Positions 53,151-64,000 of a DNA stretch of 64,000 bases are shown here, piece after piece (the first letter of the stretch is position 1; the number at the start of each line of letters is the position of its first letter). Both the position numbers and the translations under genes were made by a program. Under the pieces are notes generated by a model. The model did no database searches and was not told where the DNA came from. It saw only the letters and a list, made by a program, of their open reading frames with translations. The stretch is from NCBI RefSeq assembly GCF_006345805.1, contig NC_043016.1, forward strand, positions 3,100,001 to 3,164,000, read 5' to 3'. The stretch is from Octopus sinensis (taxonomy: Eukaryota).

Positions 53151-54155
53151 CCACTTTCTATTTCCACCAAACTCTGGCTGTCTTACGTATAGGCAGCACA
53201 TAGAATGCTTATTTTTACCTTTATTTCTCTTATTTTTATTTCCTGCATGAACGAGCATAGAAAAGTGTGAATACAACCGCACTTATAGTAGCGAATATGA
53301 ATATACTCATGTACAATCGTCCAGGCAGCATGCAAAAGTGTTTCATACTTATATATATGTTAGCGATTACCACAAAATAACGAACTCTTGTGTGTGAATG
53401 TGTGTTTGTGCGCGCGCGCGTTCCTCAGTGTGTGTATGTAATAAAATGTGAACTGATAACCAGATTTCACTGTGAATGCATATGTAACTCACATTTATAT
53501 ATCGCATCCATACATTGCTCTGTTTACGCAGATCGATAAACAATGTAAAAAGGAAACAAAACTCGTGCACTGGATCCGATCTGCCAGATAGTTGGTTACC
53601 AGAGTGCCAAAGCTATGTATTATCCGTTAATGATGTAGCGATTCATAATATTTTATTTGCAGTGCCAAAAATATATCTGACTCCTTGCTCATTTGTTTAA
53701 TCTAGGATTCACACTCTAATCTTTTTAGGCACACAATTTCAAGTTTATCGCCATTACTTTTCATATAGCTTTCATGTAGAAAGAAGATTAAACGCCCAGA
53801 AAATATAAGTTACTTAGTAAAATTTTTAGTATAAATATTTATTTTAATATATTACCCGAAAACTGTGACAAAGAAGAATGGATATGTATATTCTATGCAT
53901 TAGTAGATGTGTAGTGGGCAACATGGATGGCCGACATGAAAAATCTCAACCTACATTCCCTTTAAGTTTAGGATTTAAACTGTGCTAGGATCTTTTCTTT
54001 TTTCATCTTGTCAAATTCTATAAAATAATTGCTAGTCTTACATATGAATATATTCAAGCTGGTTTCAATTCATTCAAAGATTATAACAATAAATTGAGTT
54101 TCAAATGTGTTTTCTACCGCTGGATGAAACCAATTCCCATCCCTTTCACTGATGA

Positions 54156-54455
54156 TACTTATTTCTTTATAACCCACAAGGGGCTATACACAGAGGGGAG
54201 ACGAAATACCTATTTCTTTACTACCCACAAGGACAAACAAGGTCAGACAAGGTCAAACAGAGAGGACAAACAAGGTCAGACAAACGGATTAAGTCGATTA
54301 CATTGACCCCAGTGCATAACTGGTACTTAATTTATCGACCCCGAAAGGATGAAAGGCAAAGTCGACCTCGTCGGAATTTGAACTCAACGTAACGGCGGAC
54401 GAAATACTTCTAAGCATTTTGCCCGGCGTGCTAACGTTTCTGCCAGCTCGCCGCC
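54156..54455 (-). mobile_element. SINE family 1 (alternative, partly duplicated 3' end) with 11-bp TSD
   Basis: TTCACTGATGA at 54145-54155 and 54456-54466; TATTTCTTTA..ACCCACAAGG and GGACAAACAAGGTCAGACAA each occur twice. Confidence 0.88.
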
Positions 54456-55258
54456 TTCACTGATGAGAGGAATGCTTCAATGTTGTACACACTAAGATTC
54501 GTCCACTATAAGTATGTGATAATATTCTTAAATAATGATTCCATTGTTTGTCATGAATTTGTATAGAGTGCGAGTAGAAGATTGAAAGGAAACCATTCCT
54601 AACAGTTATTTATTCTACTCAAAACACATCGGTGAATATCGCATGGTACTATAACGTTTCCTCAACTTCAATACTATTCTATGTTTGCAAGGAAATAATT
54701 AGTTTTGAGCTTTTTCCAACACATTTTTCTGACTTTAAACGACTCATCTTTCACATTGATCTCATAATCATCCATATCTTCCAATGAATTTAATGTTTTG
54801 TACTTAAAAATGGAGAATGTTAAAAAAAACTGTTGTAAGACTTTAAAGGAAAAAAAACTCGAAGACAAGTGCTTTCATCATTGATGCGAGTGTATTTCGT
54901 ATGATTTGCCTTCATATGTAATATCAACCTCAAATCTTTCTGGTTGGTAAGCTGCTATTATGATTTCTGTGATTGGGACGAATCCCGAAAACATGTTCAT
55001 TTTTTTTTTTAATAGGCTCAATTACCTAATATTTCGGAGAATACATTACAAGAATTCATAGTTTCAAATTGCTTCCGTTTTTCGACAGTATTTCCCCCCA
55101 CTATCTCTTCATTTCCTGGCTCTATGTTTTCCACCACGTTATCAGTATAGAATCATAAATTTCTAAAAAGGAAAAGACAGGGAGATGGAATAATAATTTT
55201 AAGAGCCAATGAATATGGAATGATTTCCACATACACACATAAATATAAATATAAGGTT

Positions 55259-55303
<45 letters not shown>

Positions 55304-55727
55304 CATTATTTTATTTCTTTATCTATTTATTTTTTAATTATATAACTATCAAAAAGTATAAAAAGTTTTAATACTTTTTGATAGTTATATAATTTTTTTA
55401 AAAGATAAATAAATAAATAAATAAAATAATAATAAAATATATATATATATATTTAAAATTTATAAGTTTAAATTATTAATTTAAATATTTTTAAAAATGT
55501 TAACTTTAATTTAAATATTTTAATTTGGAATTTTATATTTTATATTTTATATATTTTATTTTATTAATTAATTTTATTTCTAGGTATTGGTTTATGATTT
55601 TCACTGTTTGATTTGCCTAATAGTGGTTTTATCTCTAATTTAATATAATATATATATTTATACTATAAAATTAGATTTAATCCTAAATCTAATTTTTCCC
55701 TGTAAGTTTGGATTTACTCCCTAATAT

Positions 55728-55792
<65 letters not shown>

Positions 55793-55806
55793 TGTATGTA
55801 TGTATG

Positions 55807-55854
<48 letters not shown>

Positions 55855-55939
55855 AGCGCACATGTAAACAAATATATCAGCTCTGCAACGTATTTAATAC
55901 TTTAGCAGCACACACACATGCAGAAAATACACACACACA

Positions 55940-56005
<66 letters not shown>

Positions 56006-56243
56006 CATATGAAAGCTACTGCTAAAATATTAAATAAGCTATGGAACTGGTTTATTTGTTTGATGCTGAAGACTCACTTCATGCCTAAAGAATCACACAT
56101 AGTGGGAAATTCTTGACAATGACGGAAAGAGTAAGCCTCCTCGAAAAATGTACATGTACACATATATATAATACACACACACACAGAGAAAAATATGAAT
56201 ATATACATATAAGCAAATATACACACACATATATGTGCATATA

Positions 56244-56275
<32 letters not shown>

Positions 56276-57794
56276 CAAGCGTGTGTACGTTAGTGTGACC
56301 TTATGTATTCGTATGTGTATATATGTACATTCAGAGAAGTGGGGTGGAAGTGTTCTGAGGAATAGATTAATAAAGTATGGTTGAAAAGGAAAATAGAGAA
56401 AGATGGATGACAAAAACGATAAATATAGAAACAGGCAAATACAACAAACAGGTATAGTGATCAACTAATAAATATGAATGAAAATGTGTCAGAATAAATA
56501 AAAAAATTGATGTACAGGAAATAAAATATACAGTTTCATCAAAGTGATAGCAGAATTTAGCAAAAAGAAAAATCAAAATGTAAGGAAGAAATGAAAAATG
56601 GATAAGATACGAAACTAAATAGAGGGGATATTAAATACTAAAGATAGAGAAGCGACTAGAAGAAACTATTAAAGTTCTATAGTCAATAAAGAAATAAATA
56701 GATAAGTGATAACTGAATGAGCAAAATAATGAAAAAGGGAATATTTATAAAATGATTACATAATAAACGTAAACTGATATGTTACACAGCGATGACTAGA
56801 AATTATACATTCTTTACCTCTTTCTTTTAAATCTTAGTGGCACATTTAAAAATAAAAAAACCTTCACTTGCTAAAACTTTATTACCAAGTGCAGTCTGGT
56901 AGTTCACTACTTGACTGAACTGAAACCCATGACAACTTTATAAAGAATAAAAATTAAACTTACATGCAATATTTGATTTCTTTTTATGCTAATAATCTGC
57001 AAATTACAATCCATTTTTCGAGTTTCTGTCCAAAAATCCTATTTTTGGAAGTACATAAAATAGGGAAAAAAAATCGGAGAGAAATATCTAAAATCCGTTT
57101 AACTAAAGCGCCAAATCTTTCTCGTCTTAAATAGACTTATAGACGTTCAAAGCCAGCCGCCTGATTGTCAGACCTTCTCTTACAGAGAATCTAAAGCCGC
57201 CTAATCTAACGTCATACCGTGTTCTCAAACATTTATAACTACCGTATCTACTCTGTAGAATTCAGTGGATCTGTTAATCCTAGACCTATTTGGATCATTC
57301 AGTTGTTCCTATCAGACCACCGCCAACTTCCTTTGATGAGTCACTTTGCCGACATTCCATTCTATTCTAAGAAGTGTTTCGCAATTTTAATTCTGAAGCG
57401 CTACAACAACAACAACATCAAAACTCAATGCATAACGTTTCTACCTAGAAAATCTACCAAAGAAAATCAAAACGGTGCCAATGTAACTGTAAACCATCTA
57501 CCACTTAAAGAGAAACGACAACTAAAAGCTCAAAACTTCATATCCAGAATTACGTATTAAAATGCACACGCAATTATGCAAGTATGTATGAGTGTCAGAG
57601 TAACACACACACATACGTATATGTATGTAGATAGGCATATAAATGTGTAAAACATTTACATATGCATACATTATTGTGTGTCTGTGTATGTGTGTGTCTC
57701 AAAATATTTTTATTGCAAGTAAAAATATGTGTGTGTAAGTGTCTTTGAAAACCAATAAATTTAATCTCCAAAGGTGTGTTAATAATTATTACTA

Positions 57795-57997
57795 ATTAAG
57801 GCACAAGGCCCGCAATAGTGAAGGGTTTCTCGATTACACTGACTTATTACTTCACTGATATTTTGTTGTATCGATACAAGAAAATCAAATGCAAAGTCAG
57901 ACTTGACGGGATTTGAAGGTAAGGGTTGCAAGAAGCCGGAGCAAAAACTGGAAAGTATATGTCCGACGTTCAAACGATTCTCTCAATCCACCGCCTT
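57795..57997 (-). mobile_element. Degenerate SINE family 1
   Basis: AGGCACAAGGCC..GCAAAGTC.GAC..ATTTGAA..ACGATTCT..CACCGCCTT. Confidence 0.55.
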
Positions 57998-58004
57998 AAA
58001 CGAC

Positions 58005-58260
58005 GCTAAATGACAGCGACTATGGAAAATGCGGGTAAAATGTATCCCGGTAGTTATAGATGCATTGGGAAATATCCTTAAATATTTGAACTGATGGATA
58101 GAGGAAATATACATAAAACCCAGTTTAATACAACTGCAGAAAATAGTGTTATTAGGGACAGCTAGGATACTTAAAAGGGTTCTTGGCGTCTAATGCTATT
58201 TGTTGTAGTCCGATAGTAGGAACTTTTCTTTTCCAACAGTTTAATCTGTTGTATGTATAT
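58005..58260 (+). mobile_element. Short 3' fragment of R4/Dong-like element, family C
   Basis: RLWKMRVKCIPVVIDALG..LQKIVLLGTARILKRVLGV*, followed by AAT/ACT repeats. Confidence 0.7.
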
Positions 58261-58302
58261 GAATAATAATACTGATGATGATCATAATTACGACGACAAC
58301 TA

Positions 58303-58337
<35 letters not shown>

Positions 58338-58346
58338 ATAATAATA

Positions 58347-58399
<53 letters not shown>

Positions 58400-58459
58400 T
58401 GATGATAATGATGATGATAATAATAATGATAATAATGATAATAATAAAAACAACAACAA

Positions 58460-58945
58460 TTATTGTCCAGACAAATTAAGCAAGTATTAAAAAAACCCAC
58501 ATGCTTACTGAGAAATATCGCAGACCCTTCTAACCAAACTATTCCTCTAAAAGAAGCGAAGAAATTGTCAAAGAACAAAGAGTTCGAAACTGGAGTATTC
58601 AAGGCGTGGGGCATGAATGTGGAAACACTACCGGTAATAACTGGAGCACTGAGCATGATATAAGGAAAGTGAGAACAAAAAAAACATCAAATATATGCTA
58701 TAAATACCTGGATCTTCAACCATTGCACAATCTTCAAAAATTAGCCCTATTAGGAACAGGTCACACCTTGTGCATGAGACTATCAATTCCATAATACAAC
58801 GCAAACAAAATAATTCACAAAAACAAGACACACTCTATGCAGCAAATATCCAATGAAATAAACAACCAGCAGAATATGTATTCTATAGGTCGGATACCCA
58901 ACAGAAAAACACAACTCGCATTACGCACACATCAAACACTAATAC
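58460..58945 (+). mobile_element. Decayed 3' fragment of R4/Dong-like element, family D
   Basis: LKEAKKLSK..WGMNVETLPVITGALSMI..LQKLALLGTGHTL; (AAT)n upstream and AAT/GAT repeats downstream. Confidence 0.72.
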
Positions 58946-58968
58946 TATGATAATAATATTGATAATGG

Positions 58969-59032
<64 letters not shown>

Positions 59033-59149
59033 GGTGGTGGTGGTGGTGGTGGTGGTGGTGGTGGTGGTGGTGGTGATGATGATGATGAGGAGGAGGAGGA
59101 ACAAGAAGAAGAAGAAGGGGGGAGGATGAGAAGAAGAAGAAGAAGAACT

Positions 59150-59835
59150 CCATGAGAAGAGACGGAGACCATTATACTGTCAGTGCAGGACCAAGCTCAA
59201 GCCAGGAAATGGAGGGTCAACTTGCGGAATGTGCAAGTGTCTCCGTTGTACCGCATTAGGGTGGATGAAACCATTATCCATATCACGAACGAATGCCCTG
59301 GACTTGCACAAAACCATTACAAGCTGTGGCGATACGACCAAGTAGTGAAAGTGCTACATTGGAAACTGTGCAAAAAGTTGGGGCTAAAGAGGGGCAAAAC
59401 GTAGCATGAGTCGGGACAAGCAAAATCCTCTGGGATTTCTCAAACCAAACAGATCAGGTGCACCACATATGCTATATAGTTGAGGTTGCATGCCCATTTG
59501 ACCCAGTAATAGTAAAGAAGGAAGACGAAAAGATAGATAGATTCAACCCTCTTAAGTTCGAAACAGCCCGGCTATGGAAAATGAAGAAGGTGAAGATAGT
59601 ATCAATTATTGCTGCATCAGAAAGTAACAAGGGGAATATGAATGAAATCGTAATACAGTGCCCAACAGAACTGTTACAAAAGGTTAGCCTCCATGGCACG
59701 GCCAGAATAACCAGGAAAGTATTATGTGACTGAAAAGAACGAATAGCATGGTACCATTGGCTTCCGGTAGTAAGCCCGCTACGGATGCAAGATCCAAGAA
59801 CTCCAACAAAACCTGTGATAAAGAGAAAATATAAA
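59150..59835 (+). mobile_element. 3' fragment of R4/Dong-like element, family B
   Basis: ETETIILSVQDQA, DETIIHITNEC, LHWKLCKK, CYIVEVACPFD, EKIDRFNPLKFE and LLQKVSLHGTARITRKVL; ends in (AAC)/(AAT)n. Confidence 0.82.
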
Positions 59836-59848
59836 TAACAACATCAGC

Positions 59849-59881
<33 letters not shown>

Positions 59882-59927
59882 AATAATGATAATAACAATA
59901 ACAATAATGATGATGATGATGATGATG

Positions 59928-59958
<31 letters not shown>

Positions 59959-59990
59959 TGATGATGATAATAATAATAATAATAATAATA

Positions 59991-60078
<88 letters not shown>
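59836..60078. repeat. (AAC)/(GAT)/(AAT)n microsatellite
   Basis: Directly visible. Confidence 0.9.
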
Positions 60079-60079
<1 letters not shown>

Positions 60080-62045
60080 CTCAATGACCTGTACTATGCA
60101 TCCGCTAAGACCTCAACAATTCTATGTGGTGAAAAGGTAACCAAACGACAACATTCCTACAAGAAGCTTATTTGGCAAGAGCTTATCCAACAACAAATTC
60201 AGTTACTTAGGTCTGACATTGAATGTTTAAAAACCTTAAGTGTGACAAGAACATCAAACCATCAAAAATTCGAAAATTAAAGAGAAATTATAGTATAAAA
60301 TCCATACTAGACATCCGTACCACTATAGAAACTATCAAGCAAAAGGTATCTGCTAAAGGTGCCCACAGAGTACAATATGAAGGAGCGCTAGGTTCTTCAA
60401 GGAAAACAACATGTTTAAAAATAAACCAAAGAGTTAGTACAGTTACCGTAAAGTTCCGTTCCATCAAAAGAAGCAGTGCAGGGATTTTGCAATAAAATTT
60501 AGACAGAAAAAAACCCTGCAAAGTAAAAAGGCCCCTTGGATTTATATAATATCTTTTGGCTTAGACACGTTAAAAGACCAAAAGTGGGAAGTTATCATGG
60601 TAGAGGATGTAAGATCTGCTCTCATGAAATCAAGCAAATGAAAATATCCAGGAAAGGATAACATTCCTAACTTCTGGTTGAATGCTTTGCCAGAGTCATG
60701 AACTGCTCAAAAGACTTTATAACAATATTTTACAGCAACTTAATACGATTCCCACTTGGCTAGTTAATGGTGTTACATTTCTACTTCCGAAAACTGACGT
60801 ACAAATGAGCCCAAAACTTATAGACCTATAACCTGCTTAACAATAATGTACAAAATACTAACATCTATCTTGACTGAATACACGTATAACTTTTAAATAA
60901 AAAGTGGCATATTCCCCAATGAGCAAAAAGGATGTAAATATAGTCCTATGGTTGTAAAGATCAGCTCCTTATCAATAAGATAACCTTGGACGATTGTCAC
61001 AAGCAACACAAGAACTTGTCGATAGCCTGGATAGACTATAAAAACGCTTTTGATAGCCTACCACATAGCTGGATTAAGAAATGTAGGGAAATGTATAAAA
61101 TAGCACCTAATGTACGAAACTTCTTATCTGTAAATATGAGATCATGGAGAACAACACTGGCTTTGAACAGTGACAATGAATTTTTCAATGATGGAGATCT
61201 AAGAATTTCATATGGCATTTTCTAGAGTGACTCTCTATCACCACTCCATTGTTGTCTCGCCTTAATACATCTTTCGAAATTGCTTGATGGTATAAAATAT
61301 GGCTATCAATTTTTTGATAAAAAAAATAAATCATCTCTTTTACATGGATGATTTAAAACTCTTTGAGAAAAAGGACCAGCTACTACAAGGTTTAGTAGCT
61401 ATTGTAAAACAGTTCAGTGATGACATCAGGATGCAGTTTGGCATAGATAAATGTGCAAAAGCTACATTTATCAGAGGGAAAATGATCGAAACATCCAACG
61501 TTAACCTTGAACAACATAATACTATAAAGGAGTTAGAACCAGCGTGGAGCTACAAATACCTAGGGGTATTTAAAAAAGAAGGAGTCAAACATTCAATGTT
61601 GAGGGAAAAAATCAGAACAGAATGTTATCGCAGGGTTAGAGCAATACTGAAACAGATTTCAGCGCAAGTGACAGGATCGAAGCGATCAACGCTTTAGCCA
61701 TGGCAGCCGTGACTTACAGTTGCAATATCATTAACTGGTCAATTATTGAAATATGTAATCTTGACAGAAAAATCCGAAAATTGTTGACAATGCATAGAAT
61801 GCACCATCTTAAGGCTGATATAGAATGACTTTACCTGCCAAGAAAAGAGAGTGGCCGTGGACTTTTACAACTGGAATTGACAATGAAGATTGCCTACCTG
61901 AAAAACTCTGATGATTGGATGTTAAAAGTTATCTTCAATCATGAAAACAAGAAAATACCAAGCTCAATAACAAAACAGGCAAAGGAATATCTAAGTGAAT
62001 TCCAAATACAAATCCCAGAATTAGACATACTGGAAACAATCATAG
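60080..62045 (+). mobile_element. Internal (pre-RT plus RT) fragment of a decayed R4/Dong-like element
   Basis: PGKDNIPNFWL, YRPITCL, WIDYKNAFDSLPH, INHLFYMDDLKLF, MQFGIDKCAK, YKYLGV and MHRMHHLKADIE; many stops and frameshifts; no nuclease domain. Confidence 0.85.
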
Positions 62046-62226
62046 GTGTGTTGTGTCTGTATCAAAAGGTAGTCGCTCATCTGCTATTCACTGGAAAGTG
62101 GCAGAAATCGGAATATGATGATTACGCAATGCACTTTATACAATTTATTAACAATTTCATACACACAGCACTCATAAAATAAATATTCTTTTCCATTTAT
62201 TCTATAAGCAATATATATATATATAT

Positions 62227-62264
<38 letters not shown>

Positions 62265-62427
62265 TGTATTTCTATATCTAGGTGTTATATAAAAAAAAAA
62301 TTAATTCAATTTTTAAATATACACTTTTCACCATCCAGTGGCCACCGCCATCAACACCTCCATCTCTCTCACTACCACTTCCAACACCAACACCGAGTTT
62401 CCGAGTTCGATTCCCAGCAGAGACCTG

Positions 62428-62733
<306 letters not shown>

Positions 62734-62785
62734 AAAAACTTCGAAAAATACCTCAGGAATGAAAACTCAGTTCGAAATTTCTCCA

Positions 62786-62833
62786 AGACAACTAATGAAG
62801 TTCTGGAGTGTATATCAGCCGAAACGTTGTGTT
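62786..62833 (+). ncRNA. Strongly degenerate hammerhead-like motif in a short dispersed-repeat-like segment (62735-62890)
   Basis: GACAA-CUAAUGA-AG..CUG..CAGCC-GAAACGUU-GUGUU; AACGUU palindrome; G5 changed to A; weak stems. The segment ends in AATGTAAAT repeats. Confidence 0.35.
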
Positions 62834-62891
62834 AACAACAAACAAGATGAGGACAAATATCCGTCAAATGTAAATAATGTAAATAATGTTC

Positions 62892-64000
62892 ATTTTCCGG
62901 GTCCTTATATTTTCTTAGTTTGTCAAATTCCTTGACGGGTATATTTTTGTTAGTGGGAAAACTTACATCTTTTAGTCTACAAGTATTTTCTTCCCTATCT
63001 TTAATGATTATGCCTGGTCGATTAACCTGGATTGTTTTGTCACTGTTGAGTGGAGAATCCCAGAGGATCGTAACATTTCTGTCTTGAAAGGCTGGCTCAG
63101 GATGATGTTCATACCAATAAGCAGGCGTGCTGATTTTGTAGTATAGTGTTCCTATGTAAATACTCTCCTACCCTATCGTGTTGATTTTTGTATTCGTTTG
63201 GTGTCAGCGCAGGATATCCCGAAACGAGATGGTCTATTGTTTCGTCAAATGTCTCGCATAATCTGCATTTAGGGTCAGAACCGTTTTGAAGAACGTTAGG
63301 CCTGTAGTCTTTTTTCTATGAGCAAGCTTTGATCATGTACCACCAATATGAAACCTCCAGTCTCTGATGGGTTGTTGCTTGATCTACATCAGCATTTCGA
63401 CTTCGAAGTGTATGATATCTAACTAGAGGCTTCTCAATTTGTTTCTTTTAGTTCTTTTTTGCAGTCTGATTGATCCCTATTGTTTGTTTTCTGGCAGTGG
63501 TTTCAGGTTCTTCAAATATTTCAGGATTAATGCCAAATTCCCTTGCGAATTTGCAAGCTTCCTTGACAATAAAATGTGATCTTTTGCTGCTCTCGTGTTT
63601 GCACACAAGTCGCAACGTCCTGTACTGAATAAGTATCTGTCCATTGTTATTGTGGAGGTCTAAAAGCACATTCCCCTTCCCCCGTTACTTCTAGTTAGGT
63701 ACAGAAGATCAACATCTACTTTTGGGTGGTGCATGTTCTTAGATGTTAGTAGTTTTCTTGTCCTCCTGTCCAGGCTTTGAATCTCTGTAAGATTCCAGTT
63801 ACTGATGTTAAAATTATATTGGACTACTGGAAATCCTAGGTTGTTAATGACTTCGATGCGAGTTTTAGTATTGAGTTCAGATTTTAGTATGAGTCTAATT
63901 CTCCAGTTATATTCCTGTCTTATTTTTTCTTTCATGGTAGCATATTGTATACCACCACATTCGTTTATCTCTTGGTATTTGTAAAATTCTTCTGGGTCAA
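62892..64000 (-). mobile_element. R4/Dong-like fragment (RT C-terminus, CCHC, start of RLE) running off the window
   Basis: MKEKIRQEYNWRIRLILKSELN, MHHPKVDVDLLYLTRSNGGRG, CRLCETFDETIDHLVSG, WYEHHPEP and CRLKDVSFPTN. Confidence 0.82.

Overview
AT-rich animal intergenic or intronic DNA made almost entirely of microsatellites and decayed retroelements. The SINE and repeat inventory resembles octopus (cephalopod) DNA; this is recalled, not verified. I recognise no host protein-coding exon, and most ORFs in the track are simple-repeat artefacts. Contents: (1) at least seven fragments of R4/Dong-like non-LTR retrotransposons (RT plus restriction-like endonuclease, RLE), most set in (AAT)n tracts with a consistent strand, and two fragments of a second RLE lineage beside (ATGT)n; (2) two minus-strand L1/Tx1-like LINEs with large internal deletions; (3) an RTE/BovB-like 3' fragment ending in three C2H2-like fingers; (4) three tRNA-type SINE families, three copies with clear target-site duplications; (5) a 3.3-kb minisatellite of a 19-bp unit; (6) Penelope-like (PLE) GIY-YIG remnants; (7) a 100-N gap. 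The most interesting signal lies at 40.1-43.7 kb. There are non-coding units arranged as tandem and fold-back repeats inside (TA)n, each carrying a minimal type I hammerhead-ribozyme-like motif with a palindromic stem III, next to a PLE endonuclease fragment. This is a candidate PLE pseudo-LTR or retrozyme system with a predicted monomer of about 361 nt. Eight hammerhead-like motifs in about five sequence families were found by eye. None is perfectly canonical and activity is untested.
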